Origin: Planctomycetota bacterium
GTDB lineage: Bacteria; Planctomycetota; UBA1135; UBA2386
Direction of reading: 5' to 3'
NCBI GenBank assembly: GCA_046290465.1
Contig: JBKAGP010000001.1
Span: 5,760,001-5,824,000, forward strand
Length of the DNA: 64,000 nucleotides
Of the stretch, positions 40,229-50,267 are shown one piece after another. The notes under the pieces are model-generated. The model did not search any database. It saw only the letters and a program-made list of their open reading frames with translations, and was not told the DNA's origin. Both the position numbers and the translations under genes were made by a program. Position 1 is the stretch's first letter; each line of letters starts with the position of its first letter.

Positions 40229-41643
40229 ATCAGCACGCCGACCGGCGCGTTCACGAGTCCGTCGGGGATGCCGTCGACGAGGATCTCGCGCACGAAGATC
40301 TCGCTGCCCAGCGACGGGTAGACGCTGACCGTGCCGGAGAGCATGCCGGGCACGGTGTAGAGCTGTCGGTCGTCGACGCAGACGTGCGTGCTGGCGCCGT
40401 CGCTGAAGATCAGGATCTCGTGTTCCTTGCCCTGTTCCAGCACGCGCGGCGCGGTGCGGTGGCAGGCGCCGTTCTGCCACAGGTGGTTCTGGTCCTCGAC
40501 CTCCCAGTTGAGCAGCAGGTTCACCGAGCCGGCGTTGCAGCGGAAGTTGAGGCCCTGCGGGCTCTGGATGCCGCCGCGGATCAGCACCGCGTTCATCGTC
40601 GAGAAGCGCACCCGGTGGGTCGCGAAGTTGTTGGCGCCCTTCGCGGTGCCGACCAGCTGGCCTTGGTGGACCTGCCAGTCGCCGTTCGCGAACGCGAGCT
40701 GGGCGCGATGCTCGTCGCGGGTGAAGCGCAGCCGCGACAGGCCGTCGGCGCGGCACAGGCGATCGCACAGGCCGCGGATCCGGCCGGCGAGGCGGCGGCG
40801 ATCCTGCTCGTCGGCGACCAGGTAGGCGCGCGTCGCACGCTGCATCGCGCAGCGCAACATGCCGGTGCGCATCAGCGGGTGGCGCGCGCGCGCCGCGAGT
40901 TCGACCAGCTGGGAGTCGTCGAGCCGCCTGGCGTCCTGGGTCGGATCGAAGCCGTCCAGGTCCGAGAACAGCGGTCGCAGTTCGCGCAGCACGAACGGCT
41001 CGAGCATGCGGACCTCGCCGTGCAGCAGGCCGCTCGCGACCAGTTCGGCGCGCCACGGCGAGTCGTGCAGGCTGCCCTCGAGCTGCGGGGCGATCGCCCG
41101 CGGGGCGCGCAGGAACGCCAGGCGGTCGCGCACGTGCACGTAGAGCGGCACGTGCTCGGTGCGCAGTGACGCGCGCAGGGCGACGTCGTAGAACGCGTGC
41201 ATCGTGCCGGTGTGCTCGGCGTGGCTGTGGGTGCCCGCGGTGTGGAGCGCTGTCATCGCGATCGAAGCGATCTGCTCGGGTTCGGTGCGGGCCTTGGCCA
41301 TGCGCCGCAGCAGCGCGACGCCGGCGCGGTCCGGGTCGAAGTCGGGCGCGAGCGCACGTTCGTGCTGCATCGCCAGCCACGCGTTGTCGGTGCGCTCGGC
41401 CATCTCGACGGCCTGGCGCCACAGCAGGTAGCGCGTCGCGCGGTCGTCGGCGTCGAACGCCGCGGCCAGCACCAGCGCCGAACCGTTGGAAATGTCGCCA
41501 CCGACGGCCTGCGTGAGGCGCTCGGCCATGGCGCGCACGACGTTGGCCTGGGCCTTGTCGAGTTCTGCGTCGGTCGGCACGCCGCGGTTCTGGGCGAGCA
41601 GCGACGCGGCGCAGCAGAGCACGGTCGGCGTCAGGCGATGCAT
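40225..41643 (-). CDS. Exported hypothetical protein (helical N-terminus, possible lectin/LamG-like C-terminus)
   Basis: Signal peptide ...SLLAQ; C-terminal GDWQVHQGQLVG beta-rich region; overlaps the queG start. Confidence 0.7.
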   Translation of the reverse strand: MHRLTPTVLCCAASLLAQNRGVPTDAELDKAQANVVRAMAERLTQAVGGDISNGSALVLAAAFDADDRATRYLLWRQAVEMAERTDNAWLAMQHERALAPDFDPDRAGVALLRRMAKARTEPEQIASIAMTALHTAGTHSHAEHTGTMHAFYDVALRASLRTEHVPLYVHVRDRLAFLRAPRAIAPQLEGSLHDSPWRAELVASGLLHGEVRMLEPFVLRELRPLFSDLDGFDPTQDARRLDDSQLVELAARARHPLMRTGMLRCAMQRATRAYLVADEQDRRRLAGRIRGLCDRLCRADGLSRLRFTRDEHRAQLAFANGDWQVHQGQLVGTAKGANNFATHRVRFSTMNAVLIRGGIQSPQGLNFRCNAGSVNLLLNWEVEDQNHLWQNGACHRTAPRVLEQGKEHEILIFSDGASTHVCVDDRQLYTVPGMLSGTVSVYPSLGSEIFVREILVDGIPDGLVNAPVGVLM

Positions 41644-41723
41644 GCCGCGCATGCTACCCGTTGCGGCTCAAGCCTGCTGCGGCCGGACGCCGATGCCAGC
41701 GGCGAGCAAGGCCAGGAGTCCGC

Positions 41724-42452
41724 ATGACCACCGATCGCAAGCAAGTCCTCGACCCGGAAACGGGCAGCTACGTGCTGCCGTCGCCGCCGCGCGGCCACCG
41801 CGATCAGTTGGTCACCGACCACGTGGCGGTGCCGCCCGGCCAGGCTTCGACCGCCGAGGTCGCACGCGCCCTCGGCGCGCGCTTCCACGTGCAGGCCGAG
41901 AGCCTGGACCTGTTCCTCGGCGAGCTGCGCGAACGGCTCGAACGGCTCGACGTCGCGATCGCCGAGGACTCGCGCGCGCAGCTGAAGGGAGCGGTGCGCG
42001 AGATCGGCAACGTCGTCGAGTGGTGCGAGGCGGTACAGGGTGAGCTGTTGGCGGAGAGCGAGCGGGCGCAGGGCGGTGAGGAGCCGATCGACCTCGCCGG
42101 ACTCTGCGAGCAGATCGCCGCGTCGCGGCAGGAGATGACCAACCCGATCTCGGTGGTCGCCGCCAGCTCGGCGAGCTGCTGGGGCGAACGCGGGCGGATC
42201 GCGCACGTGTTGCACAAGGCCCTGGACCTGGTCTGGGCACGCACCAGCCAGCGCGGGCTGCGCTGCCTCGAGGTCGAATGGCAGGACGCGGTGCCGTGCG
42301 TGCGGGTGCGCAGCCGCGGCGAGCCGACCGACGATCTCGATCCGGAGCTGGTCGACGCGTTCCGCGCCGCGGCCCAGGCCGCGCGGGTCGCGGTCGTCCC
42401 CGACGAGTTCGGGCCGGGTGGCGCGGGCCTCGTGCTGCGCCTGCCGACCTAG
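41724..42452 (+). CDS. Degenerate histidine-kinase-like protein
   Basis: AGGAG RBS; helical hairpin then EPIDLAGLCEQI...WGERGRIAHVL...GAGLVLRLP HATPase-like outline without N or G boxes. Confidence 0.55.
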   Translation: MTTDRKQVLDPETGSYVLPSPPRGHRDQLVTDHVAVPPGQASTAEVARALGARFHVQAESLDLFLGELRERLERLDVAIAEDSRAQLKGAVREIGNVVEWCEAVQGELLAESERAQGGEEPIDLAGLCEQIAASRQEMTNPISVVAASSASCWGERGRIAHVLHKALDLVWARTSQRGLRCLEVEWQDAVPCVRVRSRGEPTDDLDPELVDAFRAAAQAARVAVVPDEFGPGGAGLVLRLPT

Positions 42453-42631
42453 ACCCGGGCGGTCCGTAGGGGAGGGAGAAGGCCCGCTGCGACGGGCGCC
42501 GCGCAGGCCGGCTTTGCGCTCGACCGCCTTTGCGGTTCTGCGTGTCCGCAGGGTTACTTCCCGGAGACAACTGACTATGGCAAGATATCAGGCGGCCGCG
42601 GAATCCTCCGCGGCGCCCGACAGCCTCCGTC

Positions 42632-43570
42632 ATGTTGCACGTCAACCACACCTCGGTCGATCGAGCTGCTCTGTGTGAGCGCCTGTTCGAGTTGTGGGAG
42701 CAGACCGGCAGCCCCGCCCTGGAAGCCCTGGCTCACGGTCGTCCTCCCTGCGAGGGCGCGTCCGTGGACACCGCTCAGCTGTTCGTCGACTGGGTCAGCA
42801 CCTGCTTGATGGACAGCTACAAGGACACGGGTGACCCCGCCGTGTTCGCGCTCCTGTTCGAGCTGAACCGCGCGTCCTTCCTCTACGCGATCCAGTGCAA
42901 CCTGCGTCGCTCGTACCACCACGTGGATCCGCAGGACGTGCTGCAGGAGGTGTTCCTGAACATCTACCGCTACCCGCACCGGTTCCAGGCGGACCGCGCC
43001 GACGCGTTCCGCGGCTGGGGGCACCGCATCGCGCGCAACACGCTGCTGAAGTTCCTCAAGGGCCAGACGCGCCTCTCGTGCTTCACGGCGATCGACGAGG
43101 AGACCGTGCAGCCCGAGGACGTGCGCGCGCGCCGACCGGATCGCGCGGCCAGCGAGGCCGAGAGCGCGGTCACCGTCAACCACGCCTACATGCTCTACCT
43201 GCAGCTCTACATGCTGCACTTCCAGCGGCTGTCGGCGAAGGAACGCCGTGCGCTGACGATGGTGGAGATCGAGGGCAGCTCGTACCGCGAAGCGGCCGCC
43301 GAACTCGCGATCCGCCTCGAGAACCTCAAGATGGTCATCTTCCGCGGCCGCCGCAAGATCTTCCGCGGCATGGAGCGCTCGCTGGCCGAGCTGCAGGCCC
43401 GCAGCGACGCCGCCGATGCCGGCCAGCAGCCGGCCGCGCGTTCGCAGCGCTCGCTCCGGGCCCGGAGCCGTGGCGACCGTCCGCTGCGTTCTGCCTCGCC
43501 CCGCCCCCTTTTCGACCGAACTCGTCCGCCGCAGGGGAGATTGTGTGACCGCGAAGCCTCGGGCGCCTAG
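42632..43570 (+). CDS. ECF sigma-70 factor
   Basis: DPQDVLQEVFLNIYR, FRGWGHRIARN; LSAKERRAL...EGSSYREAAAEL...IFRGRRKI. Confidence 0.9.
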   Translation: MLHVNHTSVDRAALCERLFELWEQTGSPALEALAHGRPPCEGASVDTAQLFVDWVSTCLMDSYKDTGDPAVFALLFELNRASFLYAIQCNLRRSYHHVDPQDVLQEVFLNIYRYPHRFQADRADAFRGWGHRIARNTLLKFLKGQTRLSCFTAIDEETVQPEDVRARRPDRAASEAESAVTVNHAYMLYLQLYMLHFQRLSAKERRALTMVEIEGSSYREAAAELAIRLENLKMVIFRGRRKIFRGMERSLAELQARSDAADAGQQPAARSQRSLRARSRGDRPLRSASPRPLFDRTRPPQGRLCDREASGA

Positions 43571-43615
43571 TCAGGCCTGAACTTCGCCGATCCCGCACTC
43601 CGCCGGCCTCTCCAC

Positions 43616-44674
43616 ATGCACTCCGCTCCTCACGACAACAAGCCCACCAAGGGCAAGCGTGGGCAGGATCCATGCCTGCAGATCCAGGTGGATCTGTCGG
43701 CGATGCTCGACGGCGAGCTGGATCCGGCGGGCATCCGGCGCGTCACGGTGCATTCGGACGTCTGTCCGACCTGCCGGGCGTTCTTCGACGGCATCCGCGA
43801 GCAGGTCGGCCTGCACCGCAAGCTCGCTGCGGCGATGGTGGTGGCCGACGCCGACGACCAGGTGGCGGGTAAGCGCGACGCGACGCTGCGTCGCCAGCTG
43901 ACCGAGAACCAGCGCAAGCTGTCGCGCATCCTCTACGAGCTGGGCCGCAACTTCACGCTGATGGGGCTGTCGCCGGAGTTCTCCCGCGAGGTCGCCAAGG
44001 AGCCGATGCCGGTGCCCGACATGGCGATGCGCGGCCGCAACCTGCTCGACGAGGTCGCGCGCACGGAAGACGGCGACGTCGACTGGGTCGCCGCGAAGGA
44101 CCTGTTCGACGGCCAGCTGCGCACGCCCGAGGAGAACCTCGCGCGCGGCCAGCGGTTGCTGACCGAGTGTCTGGCGCTGGACCCTGGCAGCGACGACGCG
44201 CGCATCTACCTCGGCCTGGTGCACTACGCCCGCGGCCAGCGCGCGCTCGCCCGCAAGCAGTTCCAGCACGTGCTCGCGCGGTCGTCGGACCTCGTGATGC
44301 GCGGCTTTGCGCTGTCCAATCTCAGTAACATCCACCTGGACGAAGGCGACTGCGACGGTGCCGTCGAGCTGCTGCTCGAACTGGTCGAGTCCGGGGTCGT
44401 CAAGGAGCAGCCGCGGCTCGTCGCCGCACTGTTCAACCTCGCCCTGGCACATGGCCTAAAGGGTTCCTTCGACGAGAGTTTGCGTTGGTTCGAGCGGCTC
44501 CACGGGGACGCTCCGCACCGCCGTCGCTGGGTCTCCCAGGAGCTCTCCCGCCGCAGCCACTTCCTGCACCTCGTGCATACCCACCCCGATGCGCGTGGGC
44601 TCGCCGAGAAGCTCCCGCAGTGGTTTCCCTCCGGTCCTTCCGTACTAGGGAATGGCAGGCTCGGCTACCGCTGA
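43616..44674 (+). CDS. Soluble zinc-binding anti-sigma (ZAS) protein with TPR repeats
   Basis: CLQIQVDLSAMLDGELD...VHSDVCPTC (HxxxCxxC); TPRs ARIYLGLVHY, ALSNLSNIH, ALFNLALAH; no TM. Confidence 0.85.
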   Translation: MHSAPHDNKPTKGKRGQDPCLQIQVDLSAMLDGELDPAGIRRVTVHSDVCPTCRAFFDGIREQVGLHRKLAAAMVVADADDQVAGKRDATLRRQLTENQRKLSRILYELGRNFTLMGLSPEFSREVAKEPMPVPDMAMRGRNLLDEVARTEDGDVDWVAAKDLFDGQLRTPEENLARGQRLLTECLALDPGSDDARIYLGLVHYARGQRALARKQFQHVLARSSDLVMRGFALSNLSNIHLDEGDCDGAVELLLELVESGVVKEQPRLVAALFNLALAHGLKGSFDESLRWFERLHGDAPHRRRWVSQELSRRSHFLHLVHTHPDARGLAEKLPQWFPSGPSVLGNGRLGYR

Positions 44675-44711
44675 TCGTTCGATCGGGTAAGCTGCCGACA
44701 CCCCACCTCCG

Positions 44712-45161
44712 ATGACCCCCATGCTGCGCAACCTGTTCTCGCTCCTCGTGCTCGCCCTGCTGGCGATCCCGGCTCCGGGTGACGAGACCGAAGGCGGTGA
44801 GAACGCGAGCGGCACCGGCGTCTGGATCCTGCCCGCGTGCGCCGCGGTCGATCCGGCCCAGGTCGGCCCGCTGGCCCCGACCCGTAGCACCTTCGTCTGC
44901 AACGACATGAGCAAGCCGGTCGAGATGAAGGTCTCGGCAGCGATGGGCTGCTCGTCGGCAACGATGACCTACGACGTGCTCGGCACCCCGTGCGCCCTGC
45001 ATGTCTCGGGTCAGATCGTCCGGGTCTCGCCCGCGGCGATGGCGGCGCTCAACCAGAGCCCGACCAAGACCGCCACGATCATCGTCAGCGACGCCGCGCA
45101 AAACGGCTACGTGCTGACGGTCAAGGCAGTCGGCACCAGCGTGCACTTCGACTTGAAGTAG
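44712..45161 (+). CDS. Small exported hypothetical protein
   Basis: Signal peptide; GGENASGTGVWILP; beta-rich. Confidence 0.7.
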   Translation: MTPMLRNLFSLLVLALLAIPAPGDETEGGENASGTGVWILPACAAVDPAQVGPLAPTRSTFVCNDMSKPVEMKVSAAMGCSSATMTYDVLGTPCALHVSGQIVRVSPAAMAALNQSPTKTATIIVSDAAQNGYVLTVKAVGTSVHFDLK

Positions 45162-45271
45162 TCGCCGATACCGGAAGCAGACGCCGGTTCTTGGAGCAGA
45201 CGCCGGGACCGGAGCGCGTCGCAGCTCGGCCGGCGCACGCGCCGACGGGCCCCGCCGAGGCGACCCCGCCC

Positions 45272-46057
45272 CTACGCCTGCGCCACCACCCGCTGCATCG
45301 CTGCCGGGTCGTTGGTGCACATCGCGTCGATCCCGAGCGCGCGACCGCCCCGCCAGCCGAGTTCGTCGTCGGTCGTATAGCTGCAGACCAGCAATCCGGC
45401 CGCGTGGGCCCGCTCGACGTCCGTGCGCCGCAGGTCGGTCGCGCGCCAGTGCACCAGACCGGCTTCGAACCCAGCCAGCAGCGCCAGCACCTCGGCGTCC
45501 GGGTGGGCGCAGAACGGATTGGGGCCGAGCGCGCCCAGTGCGAGCCCCGGAGCCAGCCGGCGCACCTCCTGCAGGAATCGCCAGTCGAACGACTGCAGGA
45601 TGACCTGATCGGCGACGCCCAGGGCGTCGAGGGCCGCGACGTAGCTGGCCGCGCGGCCGGCCTTGTGTTCGATCAGCGGCACCGTCTGCGGCAGCATCGC
45701 CGCCAGCGCCTCGGCCAGCGTGGGCACGATCTCGCCGCCGCCGGCGTCGAGCCGCCGCACGTCGGCGAGCGTGCAGTCGGCGACCAACCGGCCCGGCCCG
45801 AACGTGCGCGCCGCGTCGGTGGTGCGGTCGAACGTCGCGTCGTGCACGCAGACCAGTTGGCCGTCGCGCAGTTCGCGCACGTCGAACTCCTGCACGGCGA
45901 CGCCGAGGGACGTCGCGCTCCGGAACGACGCCAGCGTGTTCTCGGGGTGCCGACAGCTCTCGCCGCGGTGGGCCACGACCAGCGGCCGCGGGCGCGGATC
46001 CTCGTGAAGGCGGCGGAAGGCAGGGTGCGAAGATGCGTCGGTCACGGCGTCGGGCAC
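45272..46057 (-). CDS. Glycerophosphodiester phosphodiesterase
   Basis: VAHRG, PENTLASF, EFDV, VHDATFDRTT, VPTLAEAL, IEHK, QSFD. Confidence 0.94.
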   Translation of the reverse strand: MPDAVTDASSHPAFRRLHEDPRPRPLVVAHRGESCRHPENTLASFRSATSLGVAVQEFDVRELRDGQLVCVHDATFDRTTDAARTFGPGRLVADCTLADVRRLDAGGGEIVPTLAEALAAMLPQTVPLIEHKAGRAASYVAALDALGVADQVILQSFDWRFLQEVRRLAPGLALGALGPNPFCAHPDAEVLALLAGFEAGLVHWRATDLRRTDVERAHAAGLLVCSYTTDDELGWRGGRALGIDAMCTNDPAAMQRVVAQA

Positions 46058-46103
46058 GGAAAAGGCGGGCGGGCGTGGGTGATCCTTCCCATAATCGTCG
46101 CCG

Positions 46104-46451
46104 ATGACTCCCGATATCTATCGTGTGATCCACGTGACCTGTGCCCTGCTGCTGTTCCTCAGCCTCGGCGCCGTCGTGTTCGGCCCCAAGGACAGCAAGC
46201 CGCCGAAGTTTGCGATGGTGATGCACGGCATCGCCCTGATCCTGATGGTGGTGGCCGGCGTCGGTGTCGTGCACAAGGACGACGGCGTCGACTGGGGCAA
46301 CTGGCTCTACGCCAAGATCGGCTGCTGGCTGTTCGTCGGCGCGCTGCCGATCCTGGTGCGCAAGGGCATGGTCCCGCGCTTCCTCGGTCTGGTGCTGGCG
46401 CTCGCCGCCGGCGGCGCTGCGGTCTGGCTCGCGATCACCAAGCCGTTCTGA
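46104..46451 (+). CDS. Four-helix membrane protein (SirB2-like)
   Basis: VIHV, MHGIALIL, WLYAKI, ends KPF. Confidence 0.75.
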   Translation: MTPDIYRVIHVTCALLLFLSLGAVVFGPKDSKPPKFAMVMHGIALILMVVAGVGVVHKDDGVDWGNWLYAKIGCWLFVGALPILVRKGMVPRFLGLVLALAAGGAAVWLAITKPF

Positions 46452-46455
46452 TCGC

Positions 46456-47607
46456 ATGGTCGCCGAGCCTGCCGAAGTGCTGTTGCTGGGGCCGGGGCCG
46501 TCGCCGACGAGCCCGGCCGTGCGGCGTGCCCAGTCGCGCCCGCTGCTGGGACACCTCGACCCCGAGTTCGTCCCGATCCTCGACCGCTGCCAGCGCGGCC
46601 TGCGCACGCTGTTCGGCACCGACAACGAACTGACCCTGCCGCTGGCCGGGACCGGGTCGTCCGGCATGGAGGCGATGGTCTGCAACCTGGTCGAGCCGGG
46701 CGACCGGGTCGTCGTCGGCGTGCACGGGGTCTTCGGCAAGCGGTTCGCGGACGCGGTGCAGCGTGCCGGCGGCGAGGCCGTGACGGTCGAGGTGCCGTTC
46801 GGCGAGTCGCTGCGGACCGACGAACTGCTCGATGCCGTGCGCGCCGGTCCGACCCGGCTGTGCGTCGTCGTGCACGCCGAGACCAGCACCGGCGTGCTGA
46901 CCGACCTGCGCGCGATCGCGCCGGGCGTACGCGAGGCCGGTGCGCTGTTCGGCGTCGACTGCGTCACCAGCATCGGCGGGCTGCCGCTCGACTTCGACGA
47001 GATCGGCGTCGACGCGGCCTTCTGCGGCACGCAGAAGTGCCTGTCGGTGCCGCCGGGACTCGCGCCGGTTACGTTCTCGCAGCGTGCGATGGAGCGCGTG
47101 CACGCGCGCAGCCGGCCGGTGCCGTTCTACTTCGACACCCGGCTGCTGACGGGCTACTTCGGCTCGGAGCGCGCCTACCACTACACCGCCCCGGTCAGCA
47201 TGGTCTACGCGCTCGAGGCGGCGCTCGACGAGATCGATGCCGAAGGACTCGACGCGCGCTGCCAGCGGCATCGCGACGTGTCGGCGGCGCTGCGCCGCGG
47301 ACTCGCGCCGCTCGGCCTGGAGCCGCTGGTGCCGACCGAGCGCGCAACGCCGATGCTGACGACGATCCGCTACCCGGACGGCGTCGACGACCAGGCGTTC
47401 CGTGGTCACCTGCGGCGGGTGCACCGCATCGAGGTCGGGGGCGGGCTCGGCCCGCTCGCGGGGCGGGTGTTCCGGGTCGGGCTGATGGGCCACGGGGCCC
47501 GCCTCGAGAACGTGCTGCGCGCGATCGCCGCGTTCGGTGACGCGCTGCAGGCCTGCGGGCGGCGCCCGGACGTCGCCGCCGCGCTCGCGGCCGTGCATGC
47601 CGGCTGA
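46456..47607 (+). CDS. Alanine-glyoxylate / serine-pyruvate aminotransferase (class V PLP)
   Basis: LLGPGPS, GTGSSGMEA, VHAETSTG, DCVTS, GTQKCLSVPPG, RVGLMG. Confidence 0.95.
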   Translation: MVAEPAEVLLLGPGPSPTSPAVRRAQSRPLLGHLDPEFVPILDRCQRGLRTLFGTDNELTLPLAGTGSSGMEAMVCNLVEPGDRVVVGVHGVFGKRFADAVQRAGGEAVTVEVPFGESLRTDELLDAVRAGPTRLCVVVHAETSTGVLTDLRAIAPGVREAGALFGVDCVTSIGGLPLDFDEIGVDAAFCGTQKCLSVPPGLAPVTFSQRAMERVHARSRPVPFYFDTRLLTGYFGSERAYHYTAPVSMVYALEAALDEIDAEGLDARCQRHRDVSAALRRGLAPLGLEPLVPTERATPMLTTIRYPDGVDDQAFRGHLRRVHRIEVGGGLGPLAGRVFRVGLMGHGARLENVLRAIAAFGDALQACGRRPDVAAALAAVHAG

Positions 47608-47634
47608 GCCGGCGCTATGGTGCTTCGCCGAGAA

Positions 47635-48213
47635 ATGAACGACGCCAAGATCCGCGCCACCATCGAAGAGAGCCTCGCGACCAAGCAGCGCTTCCTCGAC
47701 GCCTGCCCCGAGTCCCTGCGCGCGCTGTGCGACGCCGCGGTCGCCGCCCTGCGGGCCGGCGGCAAGCTGATGTTCTGCGGCAACGGCGGCAGTTCGTGCG
47801 ACGCGGCGCACGCCGCCGGCGAACTGGTCGGCTGGTTCGAGCACAAGGACCGGCCCGGCTACGCGGCGATCGCGCTCGGCCACCAGGTGCCGTCGCTGAC
47901 GGCGATCGGCAACGACGCCGGCTACGAGCACGTGTTCGCGCGCGAGGTCGAAGCGATCGGCAAGCCCGGCGACCTGCTGGTCGGCATCACCACGTCCGGT
48001 GGCAGCAAGAACGTCGTCGCCGCCATGCAGAAGGCGCGCGAGATGGGCCTTCGCACCTCCGTGCTGTGCGGCGAGAAGCGCGGTGCGACCGCCGACTTGG
48101 CCGACGTCGCCGTGCACGTGCCGTCCACCAACACGGCGCGCATCCAGGAGTGCCACCTCGTCTGCGTGCACGTTCTGTGTGCCGCGGTCGAGGACGCGTT
48201 CCGCGACGCGTAG
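47635..48213 (+). CDS. gmhA: Phosphoheptose (sedoheptulose-7-P) isomerase, SIS domain
   Basis: CGNGGSSCDAAH, TAIGNDAGY, TTSGGSKNV, TARIQECH; start 47617 or 47635. Confidence 0.92.
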   Translation: MNDAKIRATIEESLATKQRFLDACPESLRALCDAAVAALRAGGKLMFCGNGGSSCDAAHAAGELVGWFEHKDRPGYAAIALGHQVPSLTAIGNDAGYEHVFAREVEAIGKPGDLLVGITTSGGSKNVVAAMQKAREMGLRTSVLCGEKRGATADLADVAVHVPSTNTARIQECHLVCVHVLCAAVEDAFRDA

Positions 48214-48227
48214 CGGGCCGCGCGCGG

Positions 48228-48902
48228 CTACTTGCCCGCCTTCTCCTTGACGCGGAAGCTGGCGCTCCAGACCCCGGCGAGCTGCTGGTCGGGGTGCAGC
48301 GGCCCGTTGATCTGCGTCTCGCTCATCGACCGTGCAGCGGCGCGCCGCAGGACCGCGGCCGGCAGTTCGGTCCCCGGCGCGCCGTCGATCGACTCGACGC
48401 CGGCCGGCTTCGTCACCTGCATCGAGCGGTCGGGCAGCACCTTGTTGCTCCACCGGCGCAGCTTCGGCAGCAGCGCTTCGAGCTCGGCGATCGGCTGCTG
48501 CGACGCGACCACCACGAACGTCGTGGTCGCGCGGATCTCGGCGCGGTTGCTCCAAGAGAGCGGCTTGCCGTCGAGCTTGCCCGGCAGCACCGAACGTCCC
48601 GGCGGCAGCGGGTTGGCGACGTCGGACTCGACGTCCGGCGACGGGAACAGCAGCAGCGTGCCGTCCTCCCGGCTGTGGCTGAACACGTAGGCGTGCCGCG
48701 CCTCGGTGCACGTGAACGACAGCCGGATCGGCGTCTCGGCGGCGAGCTCGTCGTAGTTGCGTGCCTGCGCGAAGTCGTCGGTCGGGCCGACGCGCCAGGT
48801 CGCGGCCGGCACGTTCTGCGAACCAGGCGGCGCCATCTGCCACCAGAGCGCGGCGGCGACCCCGAGGGCGAGCAGCGGCAGCGCGACGGTACGGGCGTTC
48901 AT
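48228..48902 (-). CDS. Membrane-anchored DUF4384-like protein
   Basis: N-terminal TM; IRLSFTCTEARHAYVFS...DGTLLLFPS...NPLPPG...VVVASQQP. Confidence 0.65.
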   Translation of the reverse strand: MNARTVALPLLALGVAAALWWQMAPPGSQNVPAATWRVGPTDDFAQARNYDELAAETPIRLSFTCTEARHAYVFSHSREDGTLLLFPSPDVESDVANPLPPGRSVLPGKLDGKPLSWSNRAEIRATTTFVVVASQQPIAELEALLPKLRRWSNKVLPDRSMQVTKPAGVESIDGAPGTELPAAVLRRAAARSMSETQINGPLHPDQQLAGVWSASFRVKEKAGK

Positions 48903-48982
48903 CCACGGAGCCTAACCTGGCGCCGTGGTCGTCGTCGAGGGATGCTGTGGGGGCCTCGTCCTTCCAACCCTCGGAAACGATC

Positions 48983-50236
48983 ATGCTGCAACGACGGTTC
49001 GTCCACGCGGTCGTGGTGCTCGCCACGCTCACCCTCTGCTGCTTCCCGCTGACCGCGCAGAAGAAGCGGCCGCAGCCGGCCGGAGGTGGTCGCCGGATCA
49101 CCGAGTTCCCGGTGCCCGACGCGGCACCCGTCGACGTCGCGACCGCGACGAAGCTCGCGATGCAGGGGCTGATCGGGCTCGAGGAGGAGGGCGGCCAGTG
49201 GCCCTACGAGGGCGTCTACCGCGAGGATCGCGGCCAGCTGCCGCAGGGCTACCGCGTCGGCGGCACGTCGATCGCGATCCTCGGCATGGTCTGCGCGCCC
49301 GGCTACCGCGACGACGAGGCGCGCGTCGCGGCCGTCGACCGGGCGCTGCGCTTCGTGCTGAAGACGCTCGAGGTCGACCGCATGCAGAAGGGCTTCCAGG
49401 GCGGCTACGACGTGCGCGGCTGGGGCCACATCTACGCGCTGACCTGCCTGCTGCACCTGCAGGACGCCAAGATGGTGCCGAAGGAGCTGGCGGAGCAGGT
49501 CGACAAGAAGGTGCCGTGGCTGGTCGAGACGCTGGTCGAGTCGGCGATCCCGAAGAACGGCGGCTGGAACTACTCGCGCCGCGCTGGCTACATGAGCCCG
49601 CGCAACCGCGCGTCGACGTTCATGACGGCGCCGGCGCTGCAGGCACTGTTCCACGCCAAGAAGCGCGGCCACGCGGTGCCGGACGACGTCGTCGAGCAGG
49701 CGCTCGACGCCCTCGACCGTTCGCGCAGCGTCGGCGGCGGCTACGCCTACGGCTCGTCGTCGCAGAACCGCAACGACATCGAGGAGGAGGACATCCGCAG
49801 CATCATGGACAAGACGCCGTCGGCCGCCGCGCGCGCCGCGGTGTGCGAGACCACGCTGATGCTGGCGGGCCGCGGCAACGCCGAGCGCCACGCCGCCGCG
49901 ATCGACCTGTTCTTCGAGCACTGGGACGACCTCGCGGTGCGCAAGAGCCAGCTCAACACGCACATCCCGCCGTACGGGATCGCGCCGTACTACTTCATGT
50001 TCGGCCACATGTACACGGCGCAGGCGATCGAGCAGCTGGCCGACGCCGACCGGCGCGCCCACTACCGCACCAGGATGCGCGAATACTTGGCGCGCTCGAT
50101 CGAGCAGAACGGCACCTGGAACGACCGCCAGTTCGGCCGTTCGGCCAGCTACGGCACGGCGATGGCGCTGCTGGCGATGCACATGCCGCACCTGCCCAAG
50201 CCGTTCGCGTGGCGGGCGGCGTCCGCGAAGAAGTAG
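48983..50236 (+). CDS. Exported prenyltransferase/terpene-cyclase-like alpha-alpha barrel protein
   Basis: Signal peptide ...LTAQ; GGWNY, GGYAY, YYFMFGHMY, QNGTWND, YGTAMALL. Confidence 0.72.
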   Translation: MLQRRFVHAVVVLATLTLCCFPLTAQKKRPQPAGGGRRITEFPVPDAAPVDVATATKLAMQGLIGLEEEGGQWPYEGVYREDRGQLPQGYRVGGTSIAILGMVCAPGYRDDEARVAAVDRALRFVLKTLEVDRMQKGFQGGYDVRGWGHIYALTCLLHLQDAKMVPKELAEQVDKKVPWLVETLVESAIPKNGGWNYSRRAGYMSPRNRASTFMTAPALQALFHAKKRGHAVPDDVVEQALDALDRSRSVGGGYAYGSSSQNRNDIEEEDIRSIMDKTPSAAARAAVCETTLMLAGRGNAERHAAAIDLFFEHWDDLAVRKSQLNTHIPPYGIAPYYFMFGHMYTAQAIEQLADADRRAHYRTRMREYLARSIEQNGTWNDRQFGRSASYGTAMALLAMHMPHLPKPFAWRAASAKK

Positions 50237-50267
50237 CGGCAGCCGGGGGGCCGCGGCGCCGCGCGGG

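Noticed and set aside
22801..50236. Terpene/hopanoid biosynthesis by the two prenyltransferase-repeat proteins (22801-23778 and 48983-50236)
   Set aside because: Both are exported, lack a DxDD catalytic motif and have no biosynthetic neighbours
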